Position numbers and translations under genes: made by a program
NCBI RefSeq assembly: GCF_009914755.1
Contig: NC_060930.1
DNA from: the human T2T-CHM13v2.0 reference genome, Homo sapiens
Reading direction: 5' to 3' (one strand)
Length of the DNA: 64,000 nucleotides
Notes under the pieces: model-generated
Seen by the model: the letters and a program-made list of their open reading frames with translations, nothing else
What the model was told of the DNA's origin: nothing
Databases searched by the model: none
Part shown: piece after piece, positions 46,600 through 61,161 of the stretch
Layout of the letters: every line of letters starts with the position of its first letter
Numbering within the stretch: the stretch's first letter is position 1

Positions 46600-49500
46600 C
46601 TCTTAACCCTTTTATGTGTATAGCTCAGTTGGGTAAATAATATTCACATTGTTGTGTGACAACTCTAGAACTTTTTTATATGCAAAATGAAACTTTATCC
46701 TCAGGGAACAACTCCCTATTTCCCGCTCTTCCCAGCTCCTGGAAACCCCCACTCTGTTTCTATTATTTTGACTTTAGATATCTCTTATAAGTGTAATCAT
46801 ACAGTATTTATCTTTTTGTGACTGGCTTATTCCACTTACCATAATGTTCATCCATGTTGTACCATGTAAGAGGATTTCTTCTTTTTTTAAGGCTGAATAA
46901 TATTCCACTGCATATACATATATATATATATACACACCACATTTTCTTTATTCATTTATCTGTCAATAAACTTTTCGGTTGTTTACACCCATTGTCTATT
47001 GTAAATAATGCTGCAATGTACATGAAAGCAGAAATATCTTTATTAAATGCTGATTTTGTTTCCTTTGGGTATGTATCGAGACATGGAATTGCTGAATCAT
47101 GTGATAATTTTATTTGTAAACTTTTTAGGAAATCTCATACTGTTTTCCATGGTGGCTGCACCATTTACATTCCTACCAACAGTGCACCAGGATTCCAGTT
47201 CTTGACATCCTCGCTAACACTTGTTATTTTTTTTGTTGGGTTGGTTTTGTAGTGGCCACCTTAATGGCTGTGAGATATCTATCTCATTGTGGTTTTGATT
47301 CATGTTTCTCGAATAATTAATGGTGTTACACATATTTTCATACACTTGTTGGCTATTTGTATATATTATTTGAAGAATTATCTGTTCAAGTCCTTTGCCC
47401 ATTTTTAAACCAGGTTATTTGCTTTTTTAATTGACAAAGAAAAATCATATATACCTATCATGTACAACGTGATGTTTAAAATATGTATGCATTGTGGAAT
47501 GGTTAAATTGACCTAATTAATATATGCATTATATACTTCTATGGTGAGAACACTTAAAACCTACTCTCTTAGCAATTTGCAAGAATACAATGCATTGTTA
47601 TTAATTATATTCACCACATTGTACACTAGGCCTCTTGAACGTATTCCTCCTATTTGGCTGAAATTTTGTAACCTGGGACAAACATCTTTCCAACCAGCAG
47701 CATTTTCAGCTCCTAATAACCACCATTCTATTCACTATTTTTATTAGTTCAACTTTTTTGGATTCACATATAAATGAGATTATGTGGTATTTGTCTTTCT
47801 GTGGCATATCCACTTAACATAATGTTCTTCAAGTTCATCCATTTTTGTTGTGAGTGACAGGATCTTACTCTTTTTTAAGGCTCAATAGTATGCCATTGTG
47901 TGTATATACCACATTTTCATTATCCATTTATCTGTTGATACACACTTAGGTTGTTTCCATATCTTAGCTATTGTGAACAATGTTGCAATGAACATGGAGC
48001 ATAAGTATCTCTATGAAGTGCTGATTTCATTTCCTTTGGGTGTATGCTCAGAAATGAGATTGCTGGATCACATGGTAGTTCTATTTTTAATTTTTTAAGG
48101 AGCCTCCATACTGTTTTCCATAATGACTATATAATTTACATTCCCACCAACAGTGTACAAGGGTTCCCTTTTCTCCACACCCTTGCCAGCACTTGTTACC
48201 TGCCTTTGGCAATAGTCATTCTAACAGTTGTGAGATGGTATCTCACTGTGGTTTTAATTTTCATTTCTCTGATTAGCTATGTCGAGCATTTTTTTCATAT
48301 GCCTGTTGGCCATTTGTATGTCAACTTTTGAGAAATGTCTTTTCAAATCCTTTGCTCATTTTAAAATCAGGCTGTTTTCTTGCTATTGAGTTGTTTGGAT
48401 TCCTATACCCCTTATCAAGCATATGGTTTGCAAATGTTTTGTCCCATTCCATATGTTGTCTCTTCACTCTATTGATTGTTTCTTTGGCTGTAAGAAAAAC
48501 AAGGTTTTTAGTTTGATATAATCCCATTTGTCTATTTTTGCTTTTGTTGCCTGTGCTTTTGGGATTATATCAAAAAATTATTGCCCAAACTAATGTCATG
48601 GAGCTTTTCTTCTATGTTTTCTTCTAGTAGTTTTACAGTTTCAGGTCTTATGTGTAAGCCTTTATTCTGAGTTGATTTTTGCATATGGTGTGAGATGACA
48701 GTCTAGTTTCATTCTTCTACATGTGGATATTCAGTTGTCCCAATACCATTTATTGAAGAGACTATGCTTTACCCATTGTTGGTTCTTGGCACCTTTGTTG
48801 AAAATCAATTGACCATGAATGTGTGGATTTGTTTCTGGGCTATTTTGTCAATGCATCTGTTTTTATGTCAGTACCATGTTGTTTTGATTACTATGGCTTT
48901 GTAGTATATTAGTATATTTTGAAATCAGATAGTATGATGCCTCCAGTTTTGTTCTTTTTGCTCACAATTGCTTTGGCTATTCAAGGTCTTTTGTGGTTCC
49001 ATATGAATTTAAGGATTTTTTTTTCTGTTTCTGTGAAAAATGTAAGGAAATTTTGATAGGGATTGCATCAAATCTGCAGATCACTTTGGGTAGTACAGAC
49101 ATTTTAACAATATTGATTCTTATAATCTATAAACACAGGATATCTTTCCATTTGTTTGTGACTTCTTCAATTTCCTTCATCAGTGTTTTATAGTTTTAAG
49201 CGTATAGGTCTTTCACCTCCTTTGTTAAATGTATTATTTTACTTATTTACTTATTTTTAGCTATTGTAAATGAGATTGTTTTATTGGTTTCATTTTCAGA
49301 TAGTTCTTTGTTAGTGTGATGCTACTGATTTTTGTATGTTGATTTTTGTATCCTGCAACTTTACAAGATTCCTTTATTTTTTTTTCAGTACAATCTGTAT
49401 TCTGTTGCAACTAGATTTCTTTATTACTTCATAGTTTTTAAGTGGAGTTATTATGGTTTTCTATTTATATAATCATGTCATCTACAAACAGTGACAATTT

Positions 49501-50460
49501 ACATTTTTCCTTTCCAATTTGGATGATTTTTATTTCTTACTCTTGCCTAATTGCTGGCTAGAACTTCAGTACTATGTTGAATAGAAATGGTTAGAGTGGA
49601 CCTCCTTGTCTTGTTCCTGGTCTTAGAGGAAAAAAATTTCAACTTTTCACCATTGAGAATGATATTAGCTATGAGTTTGTCATATATGACCTTCATTGTG
49701 TTGAGGTGCATTCCTTATTTGTTGAGAGTTTTTTTTTAAATCACGAAAGGATGTTGAATTTTGTCAAATGCTTTTTCAGAGTCTATTGAGATATTAATAT
49801 GGTTAGTATTCTTCATTCTGTTAAAGTGGTATGTCACATTTTTAGATTTGAGTATGTTGAAACATCTTGCATCCTTGGAATAAAACCCACATGATCATGA
49901 TAAAAGACCCTTTTAATGTGCTGTTGCATTCATTTTGCTAGTATTTTGCTGAGGATGTTTATAGGCTATTTGTCATTGTTGCTGCTGTTGAGTTGTAGAA
50001 GCTCCTTATATATTCTGGATATTAACTTCTTACTGAAAAGATAATTTGCAAATATCTTATTTCATATTGTTTTTCACTCTGTTGATTGTTTTCATTGATG
50101 TGCAGAAATGTTTAAGTTTGATGAAGTTGGATTTGTGTATTTTTTGTTGCCTGTTTTTGGTCATATCCAATAAATTGTTGCAAAATTTAATGTCATAAAG
50201 TTTTCTTCTATGTTTGATAGAACTTCTAGGAGTTTGATACTTTTAGCTCTTACATTTAGGTCTTTTATCCATTTTGAGTTAATTTTTGTATTTGCATATG
50301 GTGTCAGGTAAGAATCCAACTTCATTATTTTCCATGTGGATATCCAGTTTTCCCAACGCAATTTGTCGAAGAGATTGACCTTTCCCCATTGTATACTCTT
50401 GGCACCCTGGTGGAAGATCATTTGACCATATACTTGAGGGTTTACTTCTGGAATAGACAG
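46600..50460 (-). mobile_element. nested L1M elements (L1MA at 47422-49962 inside an older L1MB)
   Basis: two L1 3' ends; ORF2 relic IFHQGAKSIQWGKVNLFDKLRWENWISTWK; TSD-like aggttatttg/aggctatttg. Confidence 0.85.
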
Positions 50461-50789
50461 TTGACATTGGGGTACTCAGAAAACAGCAAGAATCTAAGAG
50501 TGTTTGAGGGTCTATTCTTAGAAAAAAACCTTTTTCATACCTCATAATCTCTGCTTTTGTGAATCCTTTCTATCTTTGAAAACAAAATCCATACTTATTC
50601 ATTCATTTATCATTCATTCATTTACTCACTTACTTAACTCGATTTTATTGAGCACTTAGTGGCAGGATTCAGAGTAAAGACCCCCCTGTAGGACTTACGT
50701 CCTTCAGTTATCCTCAGTTTTTAATGATTCATGTTTCATCTTAGCTCCTGTAACTCTTCCATATGGTCGTTCATTTACTGTACCCATAG

Positions 50790-51227
<438 letters not shown>

Positions 51228-52299
51228 TCTAATGGATAAATTTAAGACACAACTATAAGATGGGAGTGGCTGAAAAAGCAGGGACTTCCTAATGCCCTGA
51301 AATCATGTGATAACTTTTTATCTTCTCTAAGACTGTCTGGCATGGTTTTCTCTTCTATTATTTTTGACAAATGTGGTACCTCTAGGCGTGAGTTTTTCTT
51401 TCACTTCTCATTTCTCCAACCACAAATGCTGTCACAGGCCAACAGGGAGAATTCAGTGATACATCATACTCATCCCTGAGCTGTGATGTTGGCTCTCCAC
51501 CTCTATCAGCCATCAGATTTTCATATTATCTTGCCTCTCTCTTCCTCTTTCCTTACACCAAACATTGATTCATCAAGGAGTCTTACCACTTTACTATACT
51601 TCCATTTCAACTCACACTCAAATTCATCACTGATAATGTCTACTTTATAAAATATTCCTTCAAAGCAGCCATTGGCCTAATCCCCAGATGATGCCATTGA
51701 TCCATGACAATAGGGAGAATAATGTCTCCATCATTACTTTCTTCTCATAGTCTTTTAATTCCTTATACAGAGGCTAGTTTCAACTGCAGAAGTAACATGG
51801 GGTCCTTTGTCTATCAAACACTCCCCTTGTAACATTCATATCTGCTCTGGGACAGAAATCTGTCCTTTGGACACCAGAGTAGGAGGTTTAAGAAAGGCCA
51901 AACGTTGATACAATCCAACTGATGTAGAGTGATAAGGAAGGCAGTCAGGCAGCATGAGGAAGTGGGAGGATGGGAGTTACAGAGAATTTCTGATGTAGAC
52001 AATGAGCTTCTTTTCTTTTTCTTAAGGGATTTCCACAATCCTCCACTTTGTGGTATTGGGGACAGTGGTAATGACAGGGTGGGAAGGGCAGAAGAGGCTT
52101 ATTTCAAGAGGAAGCAGTAAAAGGTGGGCCTGTGAGGACCTGTTTAGCAGGCTTTAACATCCTATGTACAAGTCCTTATCTTTTGAAGTGCTCTCCTGAT
52201 CCAGGCCCTGCTTATCATTATTCACAAATTTCAGTGTCTGAAATAATCCAGAAGGTGGACAATCAGACATCCACAGATTAATTGATGATTTATACTTAT

Positions 52300-52502
52300 T
52301 CTCCCTCTCTCCCCACTCTCTCTCCCTTTCTCTTCTCTCTCTCCTCCTCTCCCTCCCCTCCCTCCCTCCCCCTCTCTCCTTCTCCATCTCTCCCTCTCCA
52401 TCTCTCCCTCTTCATCTCTTCCTCCCCTTCCCTCCCCTCCCCTCTCCCTCTTCATCTCTTCCTCCCCTTCCCTCCCCTCCCCTCTCCTTTCTGTCTCTCT
52501 CA
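52300..52502. repeat. polypyrimidine low-complexity tract
   Basis: ~200 nt of almost pure C/T with internal repeats. Confidence 0.95.
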
Positions 52503-54403
52503 GCTCCAAAAAAGAATGATACAGAGATGCATAACACTCCTCTCTCTCCCATCTGAAAATTTAGGGATGGGGTGGGGTCCTAAGAAGCTAGCCTTAGAAT
52601 CTCTTCCTCTTACTGTGGTTTCCTTAACCCTCCATCATCTCATAACTAATGATAAGTCTGAAAATGAGCTTCCGTATTAATTCTCATTATTCTGACAACA
52701 GACTCTAGAATCCAGCCATATTCTACTGTTTGGAGCCAGCCAGGGACTTTCCAAGTATTCACAGTGAAACACTGGCTTCCATGCCTGGGTCTCCCCACCC
52801 ACTGCCTCTGCACTTGGTGCCTTTGAACCTCTCTTGTTCCTCTTGCCCTTGCTACTTCTGTATAGATCACAAGCTCCCTCCACACAGCTTCAGTTACACA
52901 CATCCGTGCAGCAGGACCTTCTCAGGGGCTTAGTCTGCCAGAAACTAGTGACACTGCCTTTCACCCACTTTTTATTGGATAGAGAGAAATGTTACCAGAA
53001 TTTCCCAGGAAAAGAGCTTCTTTGAAGTCTCTACATGCATTCAGATAAATCCTTTCCCCTGATATTTTCCCTCCATCCCCCTCCTCACAGCCCTGTTCAG
53101 AAGCCTGAACATGTCATGATGGCTGGGGCCTCAAATCCAGGGGACAATATGAGGTGAAGGTGAGCAAGGAGACAGTCTACAAAGAGGCCGTGGAAGCTGT
53201 CGGGGAAGGAGAATGTTCAAGTAGCACAGGCAATCAAACACTTCCTATTGCTCCAGGTGCCAAAGCAGGAATGAAAACCTGTCCCCTCTGTTGAATACTC
53301 TTCTTCTTCACTCCTAAAACTACACACCTGATGTTAGTCGTCAGCCCTCTTCTTATCACTCTACACCTGCTGCTCTGGAGAACTCATCCAGGCCTGTGGC
53401 TCCCTGCACGTCTACACTAGTAACCTCTGAATCCACGGTCTCCAGCACTCCCTCCTGCTCCCATCCCCAGGTGGCAGTCAGGTGCCTGCACTTGGCTATC
53501 TCAACATCAACATCACCCCAACACCTGTTTTTTCATGCATTCAAGGGAGATTTTTTTTCTCCCCAAGTTTCTTTCACCTTCCCTTTGGGGTTCCTGGAAT
53601 AAATAATACAAAACTTGAGGTTCTCTTGTGATGCTGTTTGGAGTCGAGAGAGAGACAGAGAGAGAGAGATACCCCCAGGAGGGAGTTGTCCCGATTCTTT
53701 TCCATCACTCGGGAGCTAGCCCTACATCTAGTCTTACTGTTTGGAGCCTTATAAAAAGATCTCATGAGCAGCCCCCTGGGAATAGCATGTCTTTGTTCTC
53801 TGAGAGGCAATGATTTTTATCTGGACCCCACATAACTTTTCCCCAGAGAGCATCACAGTAAAAGCACATGTTTATCTTCTCTCCTTAACTTCTGACATCC
53901 TTAAATCCCAAGGAAGGGTATGGAGGGAGACAGATTGATGATTCTGTGTATTTGGGTAAACCAGGTTCCTGGCTAAAATCACTTAGTCAAAAATGCCAAG
54001 CATGGTCAAGGGAGAAGGGTTAGAGAGTCTAAAAGAATGAAATTTGGAGACAGGTAAACTTGAAATTTATTCTTTCCTTCACCTATTATTGTGTATGTGA
54101 TTTGGGGTCATATTCTTAACTATAACTACCTATTGCCTCATCTTAGAATAAGGATAAATAATATCTATGTTGAAACACTGCTGTGAGCATTAGTGCTCAA
54201 TAACTATTACTACTGTACTAATGCAGGTTCTTGATTTTAAACAATAGAATGCAAACTTGAATAATTAAGCAGAAAAGGCATTTATTGGAAAGGAACTAAA
54301 TAGCTCATAGAGGATATGACAAAGGCAGGAGTTCTTCATAGTTGATATTGTATCTCCGTGCATTGAATCAGGAGACACATGATGTTGATTTGTTCTGTTA
54401 TCA

Positions 54404-54609
54404 GTGATGCTAATTTTGACTACTTGATTTTAGTGGTAACTGACAGATTTTTTCAACCATAAAGTTACTATTTTCATTGCTTGATTTTCGTATATTAAAC
54501 TTACCCTGTGATGCTAATTTTGACTACTTGATTTTAGTGGTAACTGACAGATTTTTCAACCATAAGTTACTATTTTCATTGCTTGATTTTCATATATTAA
54601 ACTTACCCT
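54404..54609. repeat. near-perfect tandem duplication, ~104 bp x2
   Basis: GTGATGCTAATTTTGACTAC...TAAACTTACCCT occurs twice. Confidence 0.95.
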
Positions 54610-55494
54610 ATGTTCATAGAATAAACTCAACTTGGTCATTATTTTACCTAGTGTTATATTTAATTGACTAATAGATCTTTTAGGAGTTTTGTATCTGTGT
54701 TTAAAAATGAGATGAGCCTTACTTTTGCTTTTTTGTTTTTGTTTTTGCTTCATGCTTATGAGGATTTGGCATATTGCTGCATGAGTTGAGAAATGTTCCT
54801 TTATTCCCCCGTCTTTTGGAATCGCTTGTGTAAGGTTAGCAAATGCCTTCACTGAATATTTAGAAGAATTCACCCAATAAGATCATCTTTGCCTACAGAT
54901 TTCTTTGTGGAAAGTTTTGTAATTACCAACTCAATTTCTTTAATAGATACAGGATTATGAAAATTTTTCTATTATTTCTTGAGTTCATTTTAGTAAGTGG
55001 TGTTTTCTAGAATATGTCTATTTCATCTAGCTTTTCAAATTTGTCAGCATAAAGTTATTTATAATATTTTCTATTGTAATTTTAATGTCTACAGGACCCA
55101 TAATGACAGTACCTTTTTCATTCCTGATATTGGAATTTCATGCCTTCTGTCTTGTTTTAAAATCTTCCACAGTCTTGCTAAAATTTTATCAATCCTATTA
55201 GTCTTTTCAAAGAAACAAGCCTTTAGTGTTGTTGATGTTTTTCTACTGTATTATTATTTCCTATCAAATTATTTTCTTCTTTTATGTATATAATTCCCTT
55301 ACTTTTACTTTTCTTGGGTTAAATTTGACATTCTTTTTCTAAGTATATGATTGATTTTCAGTATTTCTTTCTTTCCAATTAATTATATGCACTTAAGGTT
55401 GCATATAATTTTTGTCTAGACCTGACTTCAGCTTCATCTTATGTTATAATATTTTGTAATGCAAGTATAATTTGCAATATTTTCAATTTTCTTT

Positions 55495-55826
55495 CTTCCT
55501 TCCTTCTTTTCTTTTTCTTTCCTTTCCTTTTCTTTTCTTTCAAGACAGGGTCTCACTCTGTTGCCCTGGCTGGAGTGCAGTGGTGCTGTCATATCTCACT
55601 GCAGCCTTGGACTCCTGGGCTCAAGTGATCCTCCCACCTCAGCCTCCTAAGAAGCTAGGACCTCAGGCATGCAGCACCACACCAGCTAACTTATATTTTA
55701 TTTTTCGTAGAGATAGGATCTCATCATGTGGTCCAGGCTGGTTTTGAACTTCCTAGGCTCAAGCAATCCTCTTGCCTTAGCCTCCCAAAGTACTGGGATT
55801 ACAGGCATGAGCCACCACACCCAACT
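55495..55826 (-). mobile_element. AluJ
   Basis: TSD atattttcaatttt. Confidence 0.9.
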
Positions 55827-56519
55827 GATATTTTCAATTTTTTATTGTCAGGGATCTGATAATAATTAGATTTAATCTCTGATTATCTTCTTTGATCTAT
55901 GGATTATTTTAATTTGTATTTCTTAATTTCTAAACTCTTCAAAATTTTTTGGTTATCTTTCTGTAATTGATCTCTAGCTCTGTTCTATTTTTGTCAAAGA
56001 ACATTATAAAAGATAAAATACTTTGAAATATTGTATTCTTTTTCATTGTTTTAGTAGTTATGTTTTTCGAGAAATTTGTCTTTTTTTTTTTTGACAGGTT
56101 GCTATGTTGCCCAGGCTACAGTGCACGATAACCCCATACTCCTGGGTTCAGGCAATCCTCCTGCCTCAACTTCCCTAGTAGCTGGTACTACAGATGTGTG
56201 CCACCCTGCCCAGCACAAAATGTGTCCATTTTATCTAGATTATCTAATTGTTGGCACGCAATTGTACACAGTATTCCCTTATATTGTTTTTCATTTCTGT
56301 AAAGTGGTAGAAAGGTCTCATCTTTTATTCCTGATTTGAGTAATTCAATTCCTTTCTTTTTTTTCTTACTCAATCTAGCTAAAGTTTCCTCAGTTTTGAT
56401 TCTTTAAAAGCAAAAACTTAGTTTTGTTGATTTTCTCTATCTTTTTCTATTTCCTAGTTCATTTATTCCCATTCTAACATTCCTTTCACTAGTTCTGGTT
56501 TGTCTTACTCATTTCTAAT

Positions 56520-56864
<345 letters not shown>

Positions 56865-59104
56865 TCTTTTCTAATTTCTTAAAGTGGAAGGTTGTTACTG
56901 ATTTGCAATTTTTCTTCTTTTTTAATGTAGGTATTTACAGCTATAACTTTCTCTTTTATCATTAAAATGTCCTTACTTTTCTCTAGTGGTATGTTTGTAT
57001 TAAGGTCTATTTTGTCTGGCATTAGTGTAGCCACTCCAGCTTTCTTTTGGTTGCTCTTTACATGGTGTATCTTTTCCTGCCTTGTACTTTCAACCTCTTT
57101 GTAACTTTGTATCTAAGGTTTGTCTCCAGCAGAGAATATATAGTTGCATCATTTTTATTTTATCCATTCTGCTAACCTGTCTAAATTGAAATGTAATGTA
57201 TTTATATTTAGTGTGATTACTGTAACATATTTTTATGTCTGCCATTTCATTGTTTATTTTCTATTTTTCTTATATCTTTTTTGTTCCTCTATTCCTCTAT
57301 TACTGCTTTTTGTTGTGTTAAATAGACATTTTCTATGTATCATTTTAATTCACTTATCATTTCTTTTACTCTACATTTTTAGTTCCTCTACTTTTTTGTC
57401 TTAGTGACTACCCTACAGATTAAAATTAGCATATTAATAATCTAGTTTGTATTAATACCAACTTAATTTCAATAGTATACAAACACTTTATTTCTATACA
57501 GCTCTGTTCCCTACCCCCGTGCTGTTATTGTCATACAAATTATACCATTCTTACATGTGTGCCTATCAACACAGATTTATAAATATTGTTTGCTGAAGTT
57601 TTAAATTAAATAGGAGAAAAAGTCATTAAAAAGTACATTTATATTGTCTTTTATATTCACCTATTTCAGTTACCTTTTTGGTGTCTTTATTTCCTTACAT
57701 GGATTTGACTATATTACACTATATTCTAGTGTCCTTTCACTTCAGCCTGAAAGTATTTTAGTACAGCTGTCTTGCTAATGATGAAATCTCTGTTTCTTTT
57801 TACCTGAAAATGTCTTAATTTCTCCTTCATTTAGAGTTTTTGGCTGACAGCTTTTCCCCTCAGCACTTTGAATAAGTCTTTCAATTGCATTCTAGCCTCC
57901 ATGGTTCTCTTTCTTTCTCTTCCTTCCTTTCTTTCTCTCTCTCTCTCTTTCTTTTTATCTTCCTCTGTCTCTCTTTTTTATGTTTTTACTTTTTTCTTTT
58001 AAATAGGGATGGAGTGTTGAACTCCTACACTCAAGCAATCCTCCCACCTCAGCCTCCCAAAGTGCTAGGATTAAAGGCATGAGTCACCGCACCTGACCCT
58101 CCATGGCTTCTAATGAAAGATCATCTGTCAATCTTCTTGCTTGAATGTGATAAGTCATTTCTCTCTTAATGGTTTCAAGATATCTTTGTCTTCAACTTTC
58201 AACAGATTGATTACAATGTGTGTAGGTGTGGATCTCTTTGAGTTTATTCTACTTATAGTTCATTAAGATTCTCAGATATGTAGATTAACATTTTTTATCA
58301 AATTTGCAAAGTTTTCAGCCATTATTTCTTCAAATATTTTTTCTGGCACCCTTTTTTTCATTTTAGGACTACAGTTATACATATTTTGGTCTGCTTGATG
58401 GTGTTCTACAGGTCTCTGAGGATCTGTTCATTTTTCTTTTCCCATTTTTCTTCTTCTTCCTCAAACTGGATAATCAAAATTAACCTACATTTAACTTTGT
58501 TGATTATTTCTTCTGCCTTGCTCAAATCTGCTGTCAAGCCAGTCTGGTGAAATTTTCATTTCTGTTATTGTATTTTTCAACTCCAGAATTTCTATTTGGT
58601 TCTTTTCTTATATAATTCCTGTTGCTGTAGTCTCTATTGGGTGGTGAGACATCATTCATATGCTTGCCTTTAGTAAACATGATTTCCTTCCATTCTTTGA
58701 ATATATTTTAAATGCTTATTTAATGTCTTTGTCTAGTAAGTCTAAATGCTGGGCTTCCTTAGAGACATTTTTTATTTATTAATTTCCCCCCTATGTACAG
58801 GCCATGCTTTATTATTTCTTTGCATGTCTTGTAATTTTTGTTGAAAACTAGATATTTTGTGTAATATAATGTGGCAACCCAGATAATGAGATTCTTCCCT
58901 CGCTTTCCCTTCTAGGGTTTGCTTTCATTGTTTGTTGTTGTTTTATTTTGTGACTTTTCTGAACAAATCTTGCAAAGTCTGATTCTTTGTTATGTGTAGC
59001 TATTACATTTTTTCTCAGTTAGCTTAGTGGTCACCTAATGTTTGAACAAAGGTTTCCTAAAATGCCTGGAATAAACATATCTCCTAGTCTTTCCTGGGGA
59101 GCTT

Positions 59105-59502
59105 TTTCTTTGTTTTGTGTTCCTATAAGAGAATACCTGAGATGAAGTAATTTATAAAGAAAAGAGGTTTATTTTACTCATGGTTCTGCAGGCTGGAAAG
59201 TTCAATATTAGACAGCTGATTTGGTGGCTTCTGCTGAGGTCCTTGTGCTGTGTCAAAACATGGCAGAGAAACAAAAGGAGAACGAGGTATATGTGAACAG
59301 GACAAAACAAGAGAGGCAAACTCACTTTATAACAACCCACTCTCAAGGGAACTTCATAACTAACCCAGTCTTTCAAGAAAGACACCAATCCAACTTAATG
59401 ACCTAAGCACCTCTTAAAGGCACCATCTCCCAACACCACCAGATTGGGAACCAAGCCTCAAAATAAGTTTTGATGAGGACAAGCCATATTCAAACCACAG
59501 CA
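59105..59502 (-). mobile_element. MST-type MaLR LTR
   Basis: AATTTATAAAGAAAAGAGGTTTATTT..TTCAAACCACAGCA. Confidence 0.8.
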
Positions 59503-60859
59503 GGTTCTGTGTGCATGTTGGTGATACCTTCAACACTCAGCCAGACAGTTGACAACTCCACTTTACCCTTTATTTCCTCCTTGTACAGAGCACCAAGGCC
59601 AGTCCAAGAAGAAAGCTTACAATCTTCTCAGGTCTTTCCTAAGTATGCACCCCATCCTACATATGTACATGGCCTTCTAGATTTCCAGGAATATGATGGA
59701 AATAATCAAAGCCCCTTGGACATCTCATTTCCCAGATTTTCCCTTTAAGCTTTTTATTTAATCTCTTGTTTTCCTCAACTGTTATCCACTGCCTCAGGCA
59801 ATTCGGTTGCCTTTAATTGTTTCCAATAAATATTTTCATGGAAAAGGATTTTTGCACCGGGCAAGTTCCCAATCAGGTCAAATGAGAACTACTTTGCAAA
59901 TTGGGTATTCCAGGAAACCACCAGACAGGTAAAATAATGACAATTCTCTGATCACAAGATTTTGGAAAAGCCCCAGCTCTGTTCTGCTCCCTCCAGGCTG
60001 CTGATTTTCACCATGATTACAGCTTGTTGGTTCTCAAGTCTACTGCAGAACCCGAGAGGACAGAATGGGAATTGTACAAGTTAAAATGTCACAAAACTGT
60101 TCTTATTGAGATTGCACCATTTTTCTTTAGTAAATGTTCTCTGGATTGCTGCAAGACTTTGGTTAATTTCCAGAGTTCTGAAAGAGTTGATTTTTTTTTC
60201 AATTTTTGTCACTTTTCTTGTTGCTTTTATGGAGAGGAGAGTTTTTGGAGGTTCTTACTTTGTTATTTTTGCCAATATTGACCCATCTATAGGAGTTTTT
60301 AAAAATTTATATCATCATTTTTTAGTTCTAGAATTTCTATTAATTCTTTTCTATACATTCTATTTCTTTAATAAAATTTTTCATTATGATTTCTATTATC
60401 TTTTTACATATTCATTATAGCTATTATAAAGTTTATCTCTAATCCAATAATTAAGTTATTCATTATTTTTCTCAGTGATGCACTTTTCTTCCAGAAGGAA
60501 TTAGCCCTATCCTCTGTTAGGCATATAGAGTAGAAAATGATCCTTATTTTAATCTGGAATGGATCTGACTTGAAGCAGAGTTTAAGCTTTTTCTGGCTGT
60601 CATTGTCTACTGTTTCACTGACATCCTGATCCCTTAAATTTGGCAGCCCCAGATACCATTCTTTGTCTCTCCATGGCCATAAGTTGTTTGCTAGAATTAT
60701 CAGTCTGTTGCTCTGCCCTAAAAATAAGATAATCTTTAGGAGTAAAGCAACTGGAGAATGTTGGCTCCTCTCTTGTTATCTTCTTTTCATGATCTTGTCT
60801 TCTCAAGCTGTCATCACCTTGAGAGTTTTATGATTCCCTCAAGCGTATATTTTTTGTAG

Positions 60860-61161
60860 TTTTTTTTCCTTTGAGAGGGGGTCTTGCTCTGTCACCCAGG
60901 CTGGAGTGCGGTGGTGTGATCATAGCTCACTGCAGACTCAGCTTCCTGAGCTCCAGTATTCAAGCAATCCTCCTGCCTCAGATTCCCAAGTAGCTAGGAC
61001 TATAGGCATGGGCCACCATGCCCAGTTGATTTTTTATTTTTATAGAGTCTGGGTCTTGCTATGTTGCCCAAGCTGGTCTTAAGACTCCTAGGCTCAAGTG
61101 ATCCTCCTGCCTTGGCCTCCTGAAGTGCTGGGATTACAGGTATGAGCCACTGTGCCTGGCC
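60860..61161 (-). mobile_element. AluJ
   Basis: dimeric old Alu. Confidence 0.88.

Noticed and set aside
51814-51880. Peptide RFLSQSRYECY resembling the start of a class II beta1 domain
   Set aside because: No NGT/RV continuation, immediate stops and no in-phase acceptor; better explained by chance or a LINE relic.
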